NCBI GenBank assembly: GCA_050084985.1
Contig: JBITNC010000001.1
Coordinates: forward strand, 139,376,001-139,440,000
DNA length: 64,000 bases
DNA from: Nageia nagi
Lineage: Eukaryota > Plantae > Pinophyta
Reading direction: 5' to 3'
The notes beneath the pieces were generated by a model. That model worked only from the letters and a program-made list of their open reading frames with translations, ran no database searches and was not told where the DNA came from. Of the stretch, positions 13,059 to 28,300 are shown piece by piece. Both the position numbers and the translations under genes were made by a program. How positions within the stretch are numbered: position 1 is the first letter of the stretch; each line of letters begins with the position of its first letter.

Positions 13059-15551
13059 TAAGATATTTTCATTGATGCTTACCTATATCAAATTTCATAT
13101 CTTACCCACAACTATTAATTGATGAAGATATTTGATTCATTAGTAATCCATAAAATGATTCATATTAGGGATGTGGAAAAATGAGTGTTGAAATATCAAA
13201 ATCACCCATTTACATATGTGGATAATGCAAAATGAAGTTTTCAAAATTTAAAGAGCATACCAAAAAAAGAAAAATAACCCATCAAAGATGATTTTAACAA
13301 ACATATCATATAAATAAATACATCAATTGTGATAACATCACAATGATAAAAACTAGAAAAAATGAAATAAAAGAATAAAAGATTTAAAGTCATCCATCAT
13401 TATCTCTTCTCACCATCAATCTAATCTCTTTACTAATTTGTAAAAATTTTAGATTAATCTTTTTTTCTCTCTTTAATTCTTATCTCTATGAATTAACTTT
13501 TCATTAATTTAAATTCCTTGAATAACTATTATTTTTTATATTTTAATGTTTTGATTCTCTTATTTATCCTTTTAACGAGATTTTGATTCAATAATCGTTA
13601 GGGGTATTAGACTTTACTACCTTTTCCACCTCTTCCCCCCCTTTCATGATAAGATATGAGGTTAGAATTTTCTTTCCCCTCCCATTTCAATCTATTATTT
13701 ATTGATGGGCTAACCCATAACAAAGTTTGATCTACTATCCTGAGACATAAAGTTTTGATTTATCTTATTTATTGATGGGAAGTAGAAAAGCCTAATCCTG
13801 ATTCCTATTATTGATATCTCTGATTGAGACTCCTCTAGCTTAGTAGATGGGTGGTTAAACTTACTATATGTTTTACATCCAACTTTTAGGTTTTTTCATC
13901 ATTATTACATGATCTTTTTGTATTTCAAATTTCCAATCTTCTACTTTTATATTATATGATTTAATAAATATAATATATAAATCACTATATAATAAAATTG
14001 GTAAAAATATTATCTTTAAAATATAAAAAATAATAGATATAAAATATTTAAAACATATGCTATAAATACCAAAGATTATTCCATTAAATTAACTAATCAA
14101 GCAAAGGGTTTGTGAGAAAAATGTAAAAGAAGTGTGAGTGTGATGTAACAAAAGGGTGAGCGTGAAGTAGAAGAAGTACAAATGAATTATTTCAGAAGCA
14201 TGACAAGTTGTTATTAAGCAAATTATAGCTTAGTGAAGTTGTAATCTTTTCAAAATGCAACCAAATGATATTCAAAATATGATGAATAAATCAAGATTAT
14301 GATCTAATCCAAAGCCCCCTAAGGAATGGAAAAAATATATTGATGCAAGAAAAACCATTCATAGAGGAGGAAATCAAGATGGTACTAGAGCCTGAATTCT
14401 CTAATGATGAGGTTAGTATTTTGATTCCCAAAAGTATAACAAAGAAGGAAGAGGAGGGGCTAAAATCAACCCTTGTTGGTCACTTTGTGGAGGTACAACC
14501 TCCTCTAAATATGATTCAAAGTTGGTTGAAAGCAATATGGAGTACAAAATGATGGGTATCCCTAGTTGCTCTCCCAAAAGAATTTCTATTATTAAAGTTT
14601 CAATTTGATGAAGACCTCCAAAAGTGATAGAGATGGATCCATGATTTCAATATCAAAGTTGATTATTTTTGGAAAAAAGAAGTTTAAATTGTTAATTAAT
14701 ATTGTAACATCACTATATAAAAAATATTATAGTATAAATTTAAAATAAATTTTGCCATAACATATTACTTGAATAAATTCTAAAGCTTTATCATAATTGG
14801 AATAATACATTACTAAGAAATTTTATTCAATTTTTAATGAAATTTTATTATTATAATAGATGTATGATATAAAAACTAATTAAATAATAAAATTTAATTA
14901 ATTAAAATAATATATTATGATAATTATCAAAATAAAATAGATAAATATGAAATAAAATTGAAAGGTATGAGAATTTGTACGTGTTTAATAATAATGTGTT
15001 TTAATTTTAATCTTGATGTTTGATTATTTGATTTTTTTTTATATCCTTTTTCATCTTGATATGTAATCTTACAGTAATGAGTTTAAATGTTAGAAATCCC
15101 CTGAATTAGGTAGATAGTTGCAAGACAAAGATGTAGATAATTTGAGAAAGATGTGATAGACCTTCCTAAAATATTTTTAATGATTTTTCTAAGCATTGTA
15201 GTGATCTTCTAGCATTTTTATGATGGGCATTTCTAAAATATTTGAATGGTTTTTCTAAGCATCGTAGTGATCATATACATTGCTTTGAAGTATTTATGAT
15301 GATAAAATATCTTATGATAATCTACAAAATCTTTTAGTGAATTATGAGTTTGCATAGATTGATATGTATCACATCCAACTATCCTTTTTCTATATGAGTG
15401 ATCAAATTAAAATACACTTGGTGTTGTTATCCTTGCCAAATAGCTTGATCATACTAGTATTTTTAGTGAAATGTTAGGTGACCCTAATACTATTATGTGC
15501 TTAATAAATTGAAGTAAGTATCTTAAAATTATAGGATCATATCTCTTATGC
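13059..15551 (+). repeat. Tandem segmental duplication, copy 2 (~2.5 kb; ~1.5-kb internal deletion)
   Basis: Junction catgatttc|aatatcaaag at 14648/14649 fuses copy-1 positions 10645 and 12155. Confidence 0.95.
14326..14648 (+). pseudogene. Duplicated 5' fragment of the LINE ORF1
   Basis: ORF 14340..14552 (..LVGHFVEVQPPLNMIQSWLKAIW) is the paralog of ~10340-10550, cut by the deletion at 14648. Confidence 0.9.
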
Positions 15552-15999
15552 CAAATGGAGGTAGCATTAGTCATTACACCTAACAATATGATATGAGGAT
15601 ATAATATGACATCGAGTGCAGACAAGCCATTCTTATAGGAACTTATTATTGTACTTATACCATGTTTTATTATAAAAAAGTCCTTATTTCCCTGAACAAG
15701 TTAGAATTATAACACTATATTTTGATCCTTGAAACTAATGGTACAAATAATAAATTATTTTATAGTACAAGTACATATAAGACATTATCAGATTATACAT
15801 TCTCCTCTAGGAAGATTTTAAGAGGAACATCTCTAACTCATTTTCCATGATAGGTTTTATCATTGGCAATAAGTATTAGTTACCCTAATTTGGCTTATGT
15901 AGTTATGTGCTTGTTGGCATTGAAATTAATATACCAAATTTAATTCTTTCATCTTTTTATTGTATTGGATATTAATACATGATGCACCTATTTATTATT

Positions 16000-16700
16000 T
16001 GAATATAACTCTTCATGTGTAAAATATCCTTGTTATCACTTCTAATTTAGATATGATTTATAATGTGATTGATAGGTTTACAAACTAGATCTCCTTGAGT
16101 TATTAGATTATATCAACAACTCTTGATATCATGTTTATATTTATCACATATGTGGAAATAATTCTTTTATTGCTAAGATTACTTCTATTCTAATGAAGAT
16201 GATGGGGAAGGACCTTTCTATGACTCTTATCTCCTATATTTATTGGAAATGAATGCAATATCTATCAATTACCTCATAAATTCTTGGTTGATGCTTCCTA
16301 TTGAAGCATATTTACTAACTCATCAAAGGAAACCTTCCTATTTGAAACTTTCAAGGAAGTGATCAATAATATGTTGATGTACCCCTAGTGCACTAATGTA
16401 TAGTACTTTTACATTATTTATACAATTATCTATAAATGCTTTATGCATAATTGATGAGTCATCCTTAGGATGCTAAGCTATGAAATATATGATTGTTTGG
16501 CCTTTGATAATATTTTGTACAATAAAGACAAGATCAAATTCTTGTAGCAACATCACCCTTTATACATCCCTTCTTAATAGGTGAGGCATTGACATAAAAT
16601 ATCTCATAGGGTCTATTTGAGTTCTCACAAAGGTAGTATTTCCCAATATATATTGCCTTTACTTTTTAGTTGAGAAAATAACTATAAAATATAACTTCTC
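16000..16700 (-). mobile_element. Tat/Ogre-type Ty3/gypsy pol remnant (RNase H region)
   Basis: Minus strand YILGNTTFVRTQIDPMRYF..P.L (16650-16570) and MLLQEFDLVFIVQNIIKGQTIIYFIA (16555-16478), plus a KVSFD motif (~16340) where the additional RNase H WxxxFDG is expected. Confidence 0.65.
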
Positions 16701-17709
16701 AACATTGATAAAAAAAGTTCAGACTGCATCAACACATTTGATGTCTATTTTAAAATATAGTTATTTAAAAATAATGTTTGTTAATTTCATGGGTGGAGCT
16801 ATGAATTTATTCTTTATTATTGCACATATGAGTGTACCTTTAAAAATAGACTTTACTAATTGCAAGAGTACATTTTATTCATACATGAATTTCTTCTTTA
16901 TTAATGCACATGTATATGACTATATGTACAAAAAGATATCATATATTATAATATATTTAAAATAAAATATTAGTGTGTATTGAAAACACAAAGGAAATAT
17001 TTAAAGTTAACCTAAATAATGGGTTAATATTTAACTAAAATAAATCAAAAGTCAAAGGTCTAAAAATAAAGAGCATGCAATATTAAATCATTTTAGGTAG
17101 AGTAAAATGTAGGTCACTATCATATTTATATGGTTTCCATGATTGTGGAGTATCATCATTATGACCAAGAAGTGCCCACCTAGCCTCCTCCAATGATAGG
17201 TCTTGGAATACATCTAATCAAATGTTTCTATTCCACAAAATGGATTTTGTAGCTATTATGATGAGGAATGTAAATACTAGGTATTTTAGCATATAATATT
17301 GATAGATTATAGAGTTGGAATGGCCATAAGGGTTTATGTGATGACACCACTGGGAGTCATATCTATCCCTTAATAAATTTTCTCAAGGAAATTTACTCAT
17401 TTTGTATGGGGAATTACCCCAATTCTTGATAAGTGTTTTCTCATCATCATCAAATTAGAAAGACCCCAAGGGGATATCATGGTGGCAAAGTGATTCAAAT
17501 GGATCCTTGGTAATTCTATTTGGCCAAGATCAAATTTTTTTTGGATACATTTTGGTTCTATTATGATTAGTTTATGGTTCTCAATAAAAATCATCATGTA
17601 AAAAGTCTCACTTGAGTAAAGAATCATGATTTACCTGAGTTGTGTGATTTGTAGGAAAAAGCATGAGTATGAGAGGATTAATCATTTTATATGAAACCAT
17701 TCCATATTA

Positions 17710-18683
17710 TAAAAAAAAAAAAACATCATAAATTTAGAAACATCATTTCAAACATTAAAAATAATTATAACTTACTCTCTAAAAATATAAGCAATTTGTT
17801 AGCAAACATATCATCCTCCATATTAATCAAAGAATCTTGTATATCTCTTATAATGTATAAATACATACAAATATCAAAATTATTTTTTATAATTAAATTT
17901 AACTTAGAAACCATCATATATATAATTTTATTTGAGGATACTTTCCAACTTATAATCATCATCTATGTGAACTACACACATCATAGAGACTACGCAGATC
18001 AAGGAGACACTAACAAATCAATAACAATATTATAAGACAAAGTTCTATGAAACCTAAGAGTATAAATAATGTATATTTTAATAATATTTCAAATTTAATA
18101 TTATCTTTGTTGTTAAATATCAAGTAATTTAAACAAGATGGGATAATGTTAGGGCCTCTCATTGGCATATGCAAAAGTAATTAGGTATCTAAAAAATGAA
18201 ATTTTTTAGAGCTCTATTGAATAAATACCAATTTCTCCTTAATTTATTCCACATAAAATTATCACAATAATTACAAATACCAAATTACACATCTTTTTAT
18301 TCTATCTCCATAAAATATTTGATGATTTTTGAAAGAGCATTGTAGGTCAAAGATCATAAGTGTATTGCTTGCTCTTCAAAGGTATGTGAACACTTTGTTG
18401 CCAAACTAAGTTCTTATTATTATTGTGAATGTCATATCATTCAATTTGTGTACATTCATATTATAATAAATTAGTATGAAATTAAGTAATTATAAAATAT
18501 AGATTTCAAACAATAACATTCTATTGATGAAATTAATAAAGAGGATGAAATCATAAATTGGATATTTGCTAAAGAACCAAACAACCAATGAAGGGATTCA
18601 AAGACTTATCCAGATGTAATGGCATCACATGAAAAATTCAATGGTTTTATTTTTTCATTTCCAAAATAAGTTGTTGACCTAGG
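17710..18683 (+). pseudogene. Trihelix-gene unit copy A (upstream region, 5' intron, start of coding exon), truncated by copia insertion
   Basis: Aligns to 41730-42811, 50610-51756 and 52850-53755. Reads IINWIFAKEPNNQ*RDSKTYPDVMASHE..VVDLG, then TG of the LTR. Confidence 0.85.
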
Positions 18684-21600
18684 TGTTATCAAGTGTGTCT
18701 AGATTTTAGGAGAATTGCTTATTCTTTTCATTGTATTAATCAAAGAATTTATACATGTATATATAGCCTCATAGAGATATAGTTTACATTCAATTTGATG
18801 GTAATAAGCTAATAGTGTACAAGCATGTGGTATTTAGTACACATGGTATTCAACACCATGTTTTACACCTCTAGTATTTTTCATGGTGGTATCCATGTAG
18901 ATTTTCTCATGGATCCAGTTCACCTTCATAGTTTCCATCATCAATAATCTCCTAGTTGGATATTATGATGACTAAGTTCTTATGTCATTTTATTCTTGAT
19001 ACTATTTAAATTTTTGGTTACTCAATGAATTTATCAAAGCATTATTTGTATTCACATCAATCTTCATATTCTATATATTTACTTCATCTTCTTCAATAAT
19101 TTCTTTGATGAAGTGATACCTTACCTTAATGTGCTCGGTACTACTATCCAATTTTGGATTGATATAAAGTTTGATAAAACTCTTGTTGTTACACAAAATT
19201 AGAATTAAATCCTATTTCAAATCATCTTAACACAACAATCTGAGCCATAATGATTCCTTGCAAGCCTATACTACCACAATGTATTCAACTTGTTGGTTGA
19301 GCAAAAAAATCTTATTTCTTACTTCAACTAATTTCTCCTCTAGATAATTTGAACACATTTGTACTTATAGAATTTCCACCATCTATATCTCTTGCAAAAT
19401 CAACATTTAAATAACCCTTCAATTGGTTATCAACTTCAACTTCATAATATATCCCACCATCCTTTATTGATTGGAGATACCCAAAGATCCTCTTTATGAC
19501 CATCTAATGTTATCACCTTAGATTTCATATAAATTGACTAATAAATATTAATGCATGAGATAAATCTCTTAATATAACAACTACACTATCATATAACACA
19601 TTTTACAATTCCTTCTTCTTAGCTATTGCCTTTGGGTATTGTTCCATGGAAAATATTGCTCCCACTACAAATGAAGTACTTATTGGTTTGCAAGTATCCA
19701 TCCAAAATTGCTTTAATATATCATCTAAATATTTCATTTGGTTGATCCATAACTTTCTCTTTACCAAATTTCTCTTGAAATCAATGCCAAGCAAGTAGTG
19801 AAGTCCATCCACATCCTTCATGTTGATATCCTTTGCTAAATTTATCTTCATCTTTTGATTGCTTGATGAGAATTTCTAAGAAGAAGTATGTCATTGATAT
19901 ACAATGCAAGGATGATAAATCTACTTGAATCCTTCAAGTAGTATATGGAATGATTAACATTTCTCCTCTCAAATCCATGCTAAATCATAAAATGATAATA
20001 TTTACGATACCATTCTCTCTATTATTGCTTCAAGCTATAAATTGAATTCTTAAGTTTGCATAGATGATTTCTCCCACTGATAGTAAACTCCTTTGGTTTC
20101 TCCAAGTATATATCCTCCTTAAAATCACCATGAAGAAACATAATATTCACATCTATTTGCTCAACTTCCTAATCTTATGCTACTATCATTGCCCCAACAA
20201 TAACCTAATTGAGGCTTGTTAAGCTACTAGCAAAAAAGTATCTATGCAATCAATGCCTTCTATTTGTGTATATCCTTTTGAAATCAAGCTTACCTTGTAC
20301 CTCTCCATAGAGCCATTTGGATTATATATTTTCCTAAATATGTATTTGCATACAATAAATTTTATCCCTTTTGGTGTAATATGAAAATACCATATTTAAT
20401 TATAGATGAGGGATTTGATCTTGCCTTCCATTGTCATTATCCACTTAGACTCATCCCCACTTAAGGCCTTATTCATACTAATAGGTTCATAATAAAGAGT
20501 GGTAAGTTCCTAATACTTAAATTTAATAAATTCATATCTAAACATATTAAGAACTCTCCGTTGGTATTGACTCCTTTGAGGTGGATGATTATTTTCTTCA
20601 ATCAAGACTTCATTTTTGGTATGCACTGCTTGGGAACCTCCTCCAACATTATCTCTGGTAGATGAATTATCATTCATAGGTGGTTCATCATTACCACCTA
20701 TCCAAATATTAGTATTCACATGTTGGTTACTTGGGCCTGCTACAAAAAGTTTATCCTCATGGCCAATAGAGGATTGTTGACCAACTCTTGATTATTGTTT
20801 CTCCTAGGAAGATTCAATCCTAAAAACTAGAACATGATCTATGGGAGGTACTTGATCATCATTATTTATTTCACCTTCTTCTTTATTTCTTCAACCTATA
20901 ATATTATCCATAGAAATTACATCATAACTAATTGTATGATATTTTTTCAATGGGATATATAATTTGTATCCCTTCACACCTTCCTTTTAATACAAAGATA
21001 TGCATTTGATATAATTTGAGTCTAACTTTTTATGATTTTTTTTGGAATCATGCATATAACTATCACATACAAACACCCTTATATTCTCAATTGTGGGTTT
21101 CTTATAGGTCCACTTTTCTTATGGAGTCCACCTCCAAAAATTGAACTTTGAGATAGGTTATTTATGTAGTTAGTCATATGAATTATCTAGACCCAAAATA
21201 TCTTGTCAATGCATTCATCCTCTTGCATGTTTTGTGCTTTCTTCATGTGAGTTTTGTTCAACCTCTTAGCCATATAATTGTATTATGGGTTGTATGATAT
21301 GATATTTTATCTTACAATGCCATACATCCTATATAAAGAATCAAATTCTTCTAAGAAATACTCACCTCCATTGTTAGTACTCAATACCTTAACCTTCTTA
21401 TCAATTTTCCTCTTTGTGTCAACAATAAAGGTCTTGAATTTCTCTAAGGCTTCATCCTTCTTCTTCATGAAGAATTACCAAGAATTATAGGAGAAGTCAT
21501 CAATGAAGGTAATCATGTACTTCAACCCTAATATGGAAGACACCTACATATATCCATAAATGTATGAGTGTATCAACTCTAGGACATTCTCACTTCTATA

Positions 21601-22351
21601 CTTGCTAGCAAAGAATTATACTCTCTTATGCTTTCCAATGACAAAAGACTCACATAAATATAATGTATCAAATTTCTTATCTTCCAAACCAAATACTAGC
21701 TTTTTGTAGTACATATCCTTTAAGCTCCTCTTGCCTATTTGTTTGATCCTTTTATGCCATAACATCATTTAAAAAGAGCTTTTATTTATTGCTGCACCTA
21801 TAAACCTCACTAGTTTTGTATGCAAATTGTAGAGGGATCCTTTTCTAATTCCATTAATGAAAATAATCTCACCATTATTCAACTTATAACAATCCCTATT
21901 GAAGATAACCTCCAAAATCTCATCAAAAAATTAATCTATTGAGAGTAAATTTCATGTTAGTGTAGGAACATGACTAACATTAGTGATGTTCTGTAATCTA
22001 CAATCTTCCATCCTTACTTTCATTGTACCTTTTCCTACCACATCATAGTGATAACTATCTCTAAGGAACACTTTCCCATGATAACCCTTATTGTAGGTCT
22101 TGAACCAATCTCTATGAGAAGTCATATGAAACAATGCACCTGACTCAATCAACTATAACTCCACCTAGGCATCAACAACAAAGCCTACAACTAGGCTTAC
22201 CATTTCTTCTTTATCCATGGTAGTGATAGAGGTAGACTCATCTTTCTGCTTTTGAGAATATTCTTTATATTGGCTCTTCACATATCATTTTTATGGTATT
22301 TCCAACATTCCACATATTGCTTTTGATATTTACTAGAAAATTGTATCCTCA

Positions 22352-25300
22352 TGTTAGGAATCTAAAAGTTCCTAAATGAAATTTAAGCCAAATAATAGAG
22401 AAATATGAGCTTAATGTAAATTCAAATTAACAACAATAGAGAAATTTGAATCAGAATAGAACAAGATAGCAATAGAGTAACTTTATTGAATATCAAAATT
22501 AATCATCGACCACTTTGAGGGGAATGCCTCCTTATAACTCAAAATAATATATTTTTCAAGATAATGCCTATTATTTTCCCACACATAGTTATAGTCCACC
22601 TACCCTAGCCCTAATTCATCATTTAATACAAAATGACAATTCATCTTACAAATATATTGATCCACCTTACATTTAATATAAATATATAATCTAATTAATT
22701 AACTACTATAATCTAAGTAAATATTAGAATATAGGATTGTACCATGCAAACCCTCTTAAAAGAGAGCTTTTTCCTCAAAGATAAAAATTAGGAATTTTTG
22801 CTAAAGCTAATGGAGAGTCTCCCAAGTTACATCCCTAGGGGATAATCCATGACACTAAATAATAACTTTAGTAATGGTATGGTTGTGAATCTAGCATGGG
22901 TTTCAGTCTATAATGATCTTAGGTTCAACTATTATGGAACTATCTTGAGTGAATTTAGGTAGTTCAATATGAATTATGGCTTAAGAGCCTAATAATTTCT
23001 TAAGGTAGGAGACATGAAAAATAGGGTGAATCTTGGATGATGTTGGAAGTGCCAATTTGTATGCTGTAGGGAAAATATGTTGGAGGATTTTATTAGGCCT
23101 ATAAAATATTGAAGTCAACTTTTGGGGACCTTTTAACTTGGGAGGTATCTATTGGTATGACTAAAACCATAGGAAAACCATATCTCCTTCTTGGAACTCC
23201 CTTTCAACCTGTTGTTGATCAGCTTGTTATTTCATACAATGTTACATCACTTAAAAATTTTCTCAAAGGATGTAGATTATGTCTTCTCAATTGGTTAAGG
23301 TGGTGTCCACTAGTTAGACATTCATGATACTTGGGATATGAATCAATGCAAGAAGTTGGGTCCACTTTATGTGCAAAAAGTAGAATTGTTCCTTAATTTT
23401 CATGTTTCATCACAATTAATCTCAAAATTTGAAGAACTTAAACATGGAATCTTGAAAAAGGTCACTAGGTGAAAATGTAGACCTAAGAGTTTAGTTTTTA
23501 AATATATAATTTGTTCTAATACCCAGATAATAATTTTTTTTTTTAATAAGGATGAGTAGAAACCACTTTTTAAAATATACTATTTTAGGACCATACCATG
23601 CACATGTCCAACAAGCATAATTTGACCTAAATCAAAGTATTTTTTAAAATATTTTGAGAAAAGATACCTAATACATTAAAGCTTTTATTGGATATTTTTT
23701 TATAAAATTTTCATGAATATTTTTATTATTATTAATTTTGCATTAATCATGATTGTTATTTCAAAAATAGCTCATGTTTGACATGCATAATTTTACCAAA
23801 ACTTATCAATTTTTTATTTTTATTTTTAATTTTGTAGAGAATTATTTATAGCTTGTCCTCATATAATTTTTTTTTTAAATTCCCATAAAATAAAAATTCA
23901 TTAAAAAAATAACAATTTGATAATTAGTCCCATCTTCTTGCAATACTTCCTCTTTATGTGGATTCATCTTCTTACTCTCACCAATATAAGAGGTTAATGT
24001 GGTCAAGGGTTGGCCATATAAGGCTTCATAGGGGGTCATCCTAATAGAAGTATGATATGAAGTATTATACCATCATTAAGCTAAAGGAATCCATTTAACC
24101 CAATGAAGTGGTTGGGATGAAGCAAAATATTGGAGATATGTTTCCAAGCATTTATTAATAATATCTATTTGACCATTTGTCTATGGGTGATAAGTTGAGC
24201 TGATATTGAGTTGAGTGCCCTAGAGCTTGAAGAATTCCTACCAAAATTTACTAATGAATTCTAGATCATAGTCATTAACAATGGTAGAGGGAATATTATG
24301 GATTTTTAAAATATTATCTAGAAAAAGTTGTATAACATTAACAACCTTGTATAGATATGCCAAAGGAAAGAATAATGCATACTTGGATAATCGATCCACT
24401 ACCACCATGATAATGAATTTCCCACATGGTTTTGGAAGGCCTTTAATAAAATCCATTAAAATATCCATCTAGATTCTCTATGGTATGGGTAGAGGATAAA
24501 GAAACCTTAGGGTATCCATTGTCTCACCTTTCTATCTCTAAAAAATATCATATTATGATATAAAATTTTTGATATCCTCTTTCATATCTGGCTAATAAAA
24601 GGATCAAATAACTCATTGGTAGGTCTTCAAACCCTAAAATAGTCGACCATTGGTGCAATATGCAACTCTTGGAGTATAAAATACCAAGATAAAGAGTTGA
24701 TAGGCAATGAAATACAACCTTTGAATCATATAATTTCTTCATACCATGAGAAGGGAGATATGCTAGCTGGATTAGTATGTAAGTTTTTAATCATTGATTG
24801 AGTAAAGCTATCATGAATCCATTCTTATTTAACCTAGTTGAGACATTAAATAATTGGGAATGAAATAGCTTGATGTGCCATGGTATCCTCAAATTTTTGA
24901 GAGAGAGCATCCATAACTACGTTCTCACTACCATTTGATACATAATCTCATAATCATAGCTTATGAGTTTAGAAATCCACTTTTATTTTTCTAGCATGGA
25001 GATGCATTACTCCAAGAAGTATTTCAAATTATGGTGGTCTATTCATATGATAAAATTGTGACCAATGAGATAGGATATCCAACATTGAACTACATGAATG
25101 ATAGAAAGTATTTATTTTCATTTGCGGATTTAGCCAAATTTTTACCTGAGAGGATCTTGCTTGTAAAATCCAGATATCTCCCTTCTTGCATCAACATGGA
25201 TCCAATCCCAACACCAAAAACATCACTCTCAATGATGAATATTTTGGAGAAATATAGCATGGCCAAGATAGGGGTAGAACACATGATAGCCTTCAGTTGA

Positions 25301-28300
25301 TGAAAAGACTCTTATGCAGCTAATGACCAATTAAAGGCTTTCTTATTGAGCAAGGTAGTGAGTAGGGTTACAATGTTTCCATAATATTTCACAAACTTAT
25401 GGTAGTATCCTATCAATTCAAAAAAGCCTTGTAAACCCTTCAATGACTTGGGAAGAGGCTAGGTTTGCATATCCTCAATATTTAATGGATCCATCTTAAT
25501 ACTTTGTTATGAAATAATAAACCCAAGGCACTCGAGCTCTTATGATCTAAAGGAACATTTGAAACGCTTGGCATACAACTGGTTATCTTAGAGAAGTTAC
25601 AAGGTTAGATCTAGCTATGACAAGTGGTCCTCCCAAGTCTTCATGTAGATAAAAATATCATAAAAGAAAACTAAAATAAATTTTCAAAGATAAGGTCAGA
25701 ATTCTTGGTTCATTAAAATCTAGTAGGTGAAATGAGAATTAGTAAGGCCAAATGGTATTACTAGGAACTCATAGTGGCCTTCATGTGTGCGTAAAGCTAT
25801 TTTAGGAATATCTCTTTTATAGAACCTAATTTAATGGTACCCAAATTGGAAATTCAATTTGGAAAAATATTTGGTGCCATGTAATTTATCCAACAATTAA
25901 AAAATAATAAGAATGGGGAACTTATCCTTTATGATGATTTTGTTTAGATCTTTAAAATCAATTCCTATGCACTACAAGCCATATTTATTACGAACCAATA
26001 GAATAGGAGAAGAGTAAGAACTCACACTAGGGTGAATGATACTTTCTTCCAACATATATTGGATGAGCTTTTCTATTTCATCCTTCTATAAATAGGGATA
26101 GTGGTAAGGCTGAATGTTGGGTGGTTAACTCCCTCAAATCAGCTAGATTACATGATCATTAGGGTGATGGAGGGGAAACCCATAGGGTTCCTCAAAGATA
26201 CTAGTATGATGGGAAAGTATATGATGTCGTTATAGTACTTCTCCTAATTCTTGCATGGATGGTTGAATTGAGAATAATTATGCCGCTACTCCTTTACCTC
26301 CCTTCATCAATAGCTTCTTCATATGATGTGAACTAATAAGTTACGATGATCCTAATTTGAGTTCTTTAAGAGTATATTGTTGCTTCCCAACCTTGAATTA
26401 CATCCATAACTCAAGAAAATCCAAGAGGATAGGTATTGCTATCATCAACTACTACACAACAAGAATCACATCATAACTATCTAATGGTAGAACATACATG
26501 TGACTTTGCATTTTGTAGTTGCCCATATTGAGCTTGACATTATGACACCCTCTTTTGTAAGGAATTTTCCCTCCATTCTTGATCATCACCTAAAAATTAT
26601 TCTATGGGTAAATATAAGAGTTGGTCATTTTTTCCATGTTGAGATCCATAAAATTATGAGTGTTCCTTGAGTTAATCAATACTATCAACATTTATCCCTT
26701 AAACTGTCCATGATATTTCATAGTTTGTGGTGATGAAAACCCATATAGGTAATTGTAAGAAGTTTAGAGAACAACTTAAGTAGGTTGGTTTGGTTCCTCT
26801 TTGATATATGCCACTGCATACTTAATGTCATATTCTAGAAGTTCTATTGGGATATCCATATCTAAGACATATAACTTTTAAGTTACATAACGATGATCTA
26901 GTGTAATTTTTTCATCATAATGATAAGAAAACCCCTTTTTCTTACATTCCTCCATATATTTAGGATTCAATCTCTTACCCAGTAGGGAATGAAGTGATTT
27001 TTTTCCACTTTGATAAGTTTATGATTTTCAAGTGGGTTTTCTTGGTGTGTTTGTACTATGCATTGAACTTATCCTCTACCAATTTGATGAGCTTGATTGC
27101 TACTATTATGCTACTAGGATTGAATATTTTGACTTCACTTAAATTTCTTCCTTTAACCCACTAATGAAATAGCTATAAAATAATGCTTCAATATGATTAG
27201 TAAGATTTTTAAATTCAATTTGGTATTATATTATTATAGTAGTTTGGTGTAGTTTTGTGAGTGCATCAATGAAGTCTTCAAAATCATAGGGGCCATATCT
27301 AATAAGAAGGTTCCAAGTGAAATCCCCCTAGGATGAAGTGCTATTTTTCTTTTCAAACCACTTGTACCATTGGCTAGCTTCATGGTACAAATAAAGGAGG
27401 CAAGGTTGACCTTTTACACCTCAAGTATATAATTCAACATCCAACTAATGGTATCATTACCATCAAATATAAAAAAGTCTAGTTTTATCATATGTAGAAG
27501 CAAAAAGGCTTATTGTGGCACTTGAGTTATATTGAATCCTTGTCCAATATGTCATTGAAATGTACTCAATCTACTTGCAATCAATGATGTGATAGCAACT
27601 ATTTCTTATTGAAGGAGTTGCAAGTTTTTATTGAAGGAACCATAACTAGAAGTTATAGCTTCCATTAACTTTTTGATCTCATCAAAAGCTATGGGATGGT
27701 GAACATCACCCAATAGTTTTACCATATAGTCTACTCATTATGATAATTTATATGTATCAAAATATCTTCTATCATCAGTCATCTTACTATTTTCTAAAAT
27801 TGCTATTTTTAGAGACTACTATTTTTTATATATATCAAAATGACCAGCACAAAAAATAATAAGAATGGGATATGTCCCATAATGATGATTTTTGGAATAT
27901 TATTTTTTCTAAAAAATCAATAGCATAAGTAACAAATCAACTTTTTCAAAATTACCTAATTCCTCAACATTTGAAAAATAACAAACTTAGAAGTTTTTAC
28001 CTATTTGTGGTAAAGAAAACTAGGGTTTGGAAAGGGAAAAATGTTATTTCAGAAATGGTGATAGTTTACAAAATGAATGACGATACATATTAAAGAGATG
28101 GATGAATAAAAGGGTGCAATAAATGAATGGTGTGGTGCAAAAAGAGGTCACAAACTATGGTGGAAGATAAATAAATAAATTTTTGGAAAACTTTTGGCAG
28201 TAAAATGGGAAAAATCTAGGTTTCCAACTTAGTGTGACCTTGAATTTCTAGTAAAATTTTGGTAGTATTTTGACTAGAACACATAAATCTTAATCCTTAG

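Noticed and set aside
17691-18035. 114-aa N/I/K-rich ORF and its antisense ORFs (17765-17962, 52873-53079)
   Set aside because: Paralogous copies have stops and indels in these frames, there is no recognisable motif, and AT-rich chance ORFs explain them.
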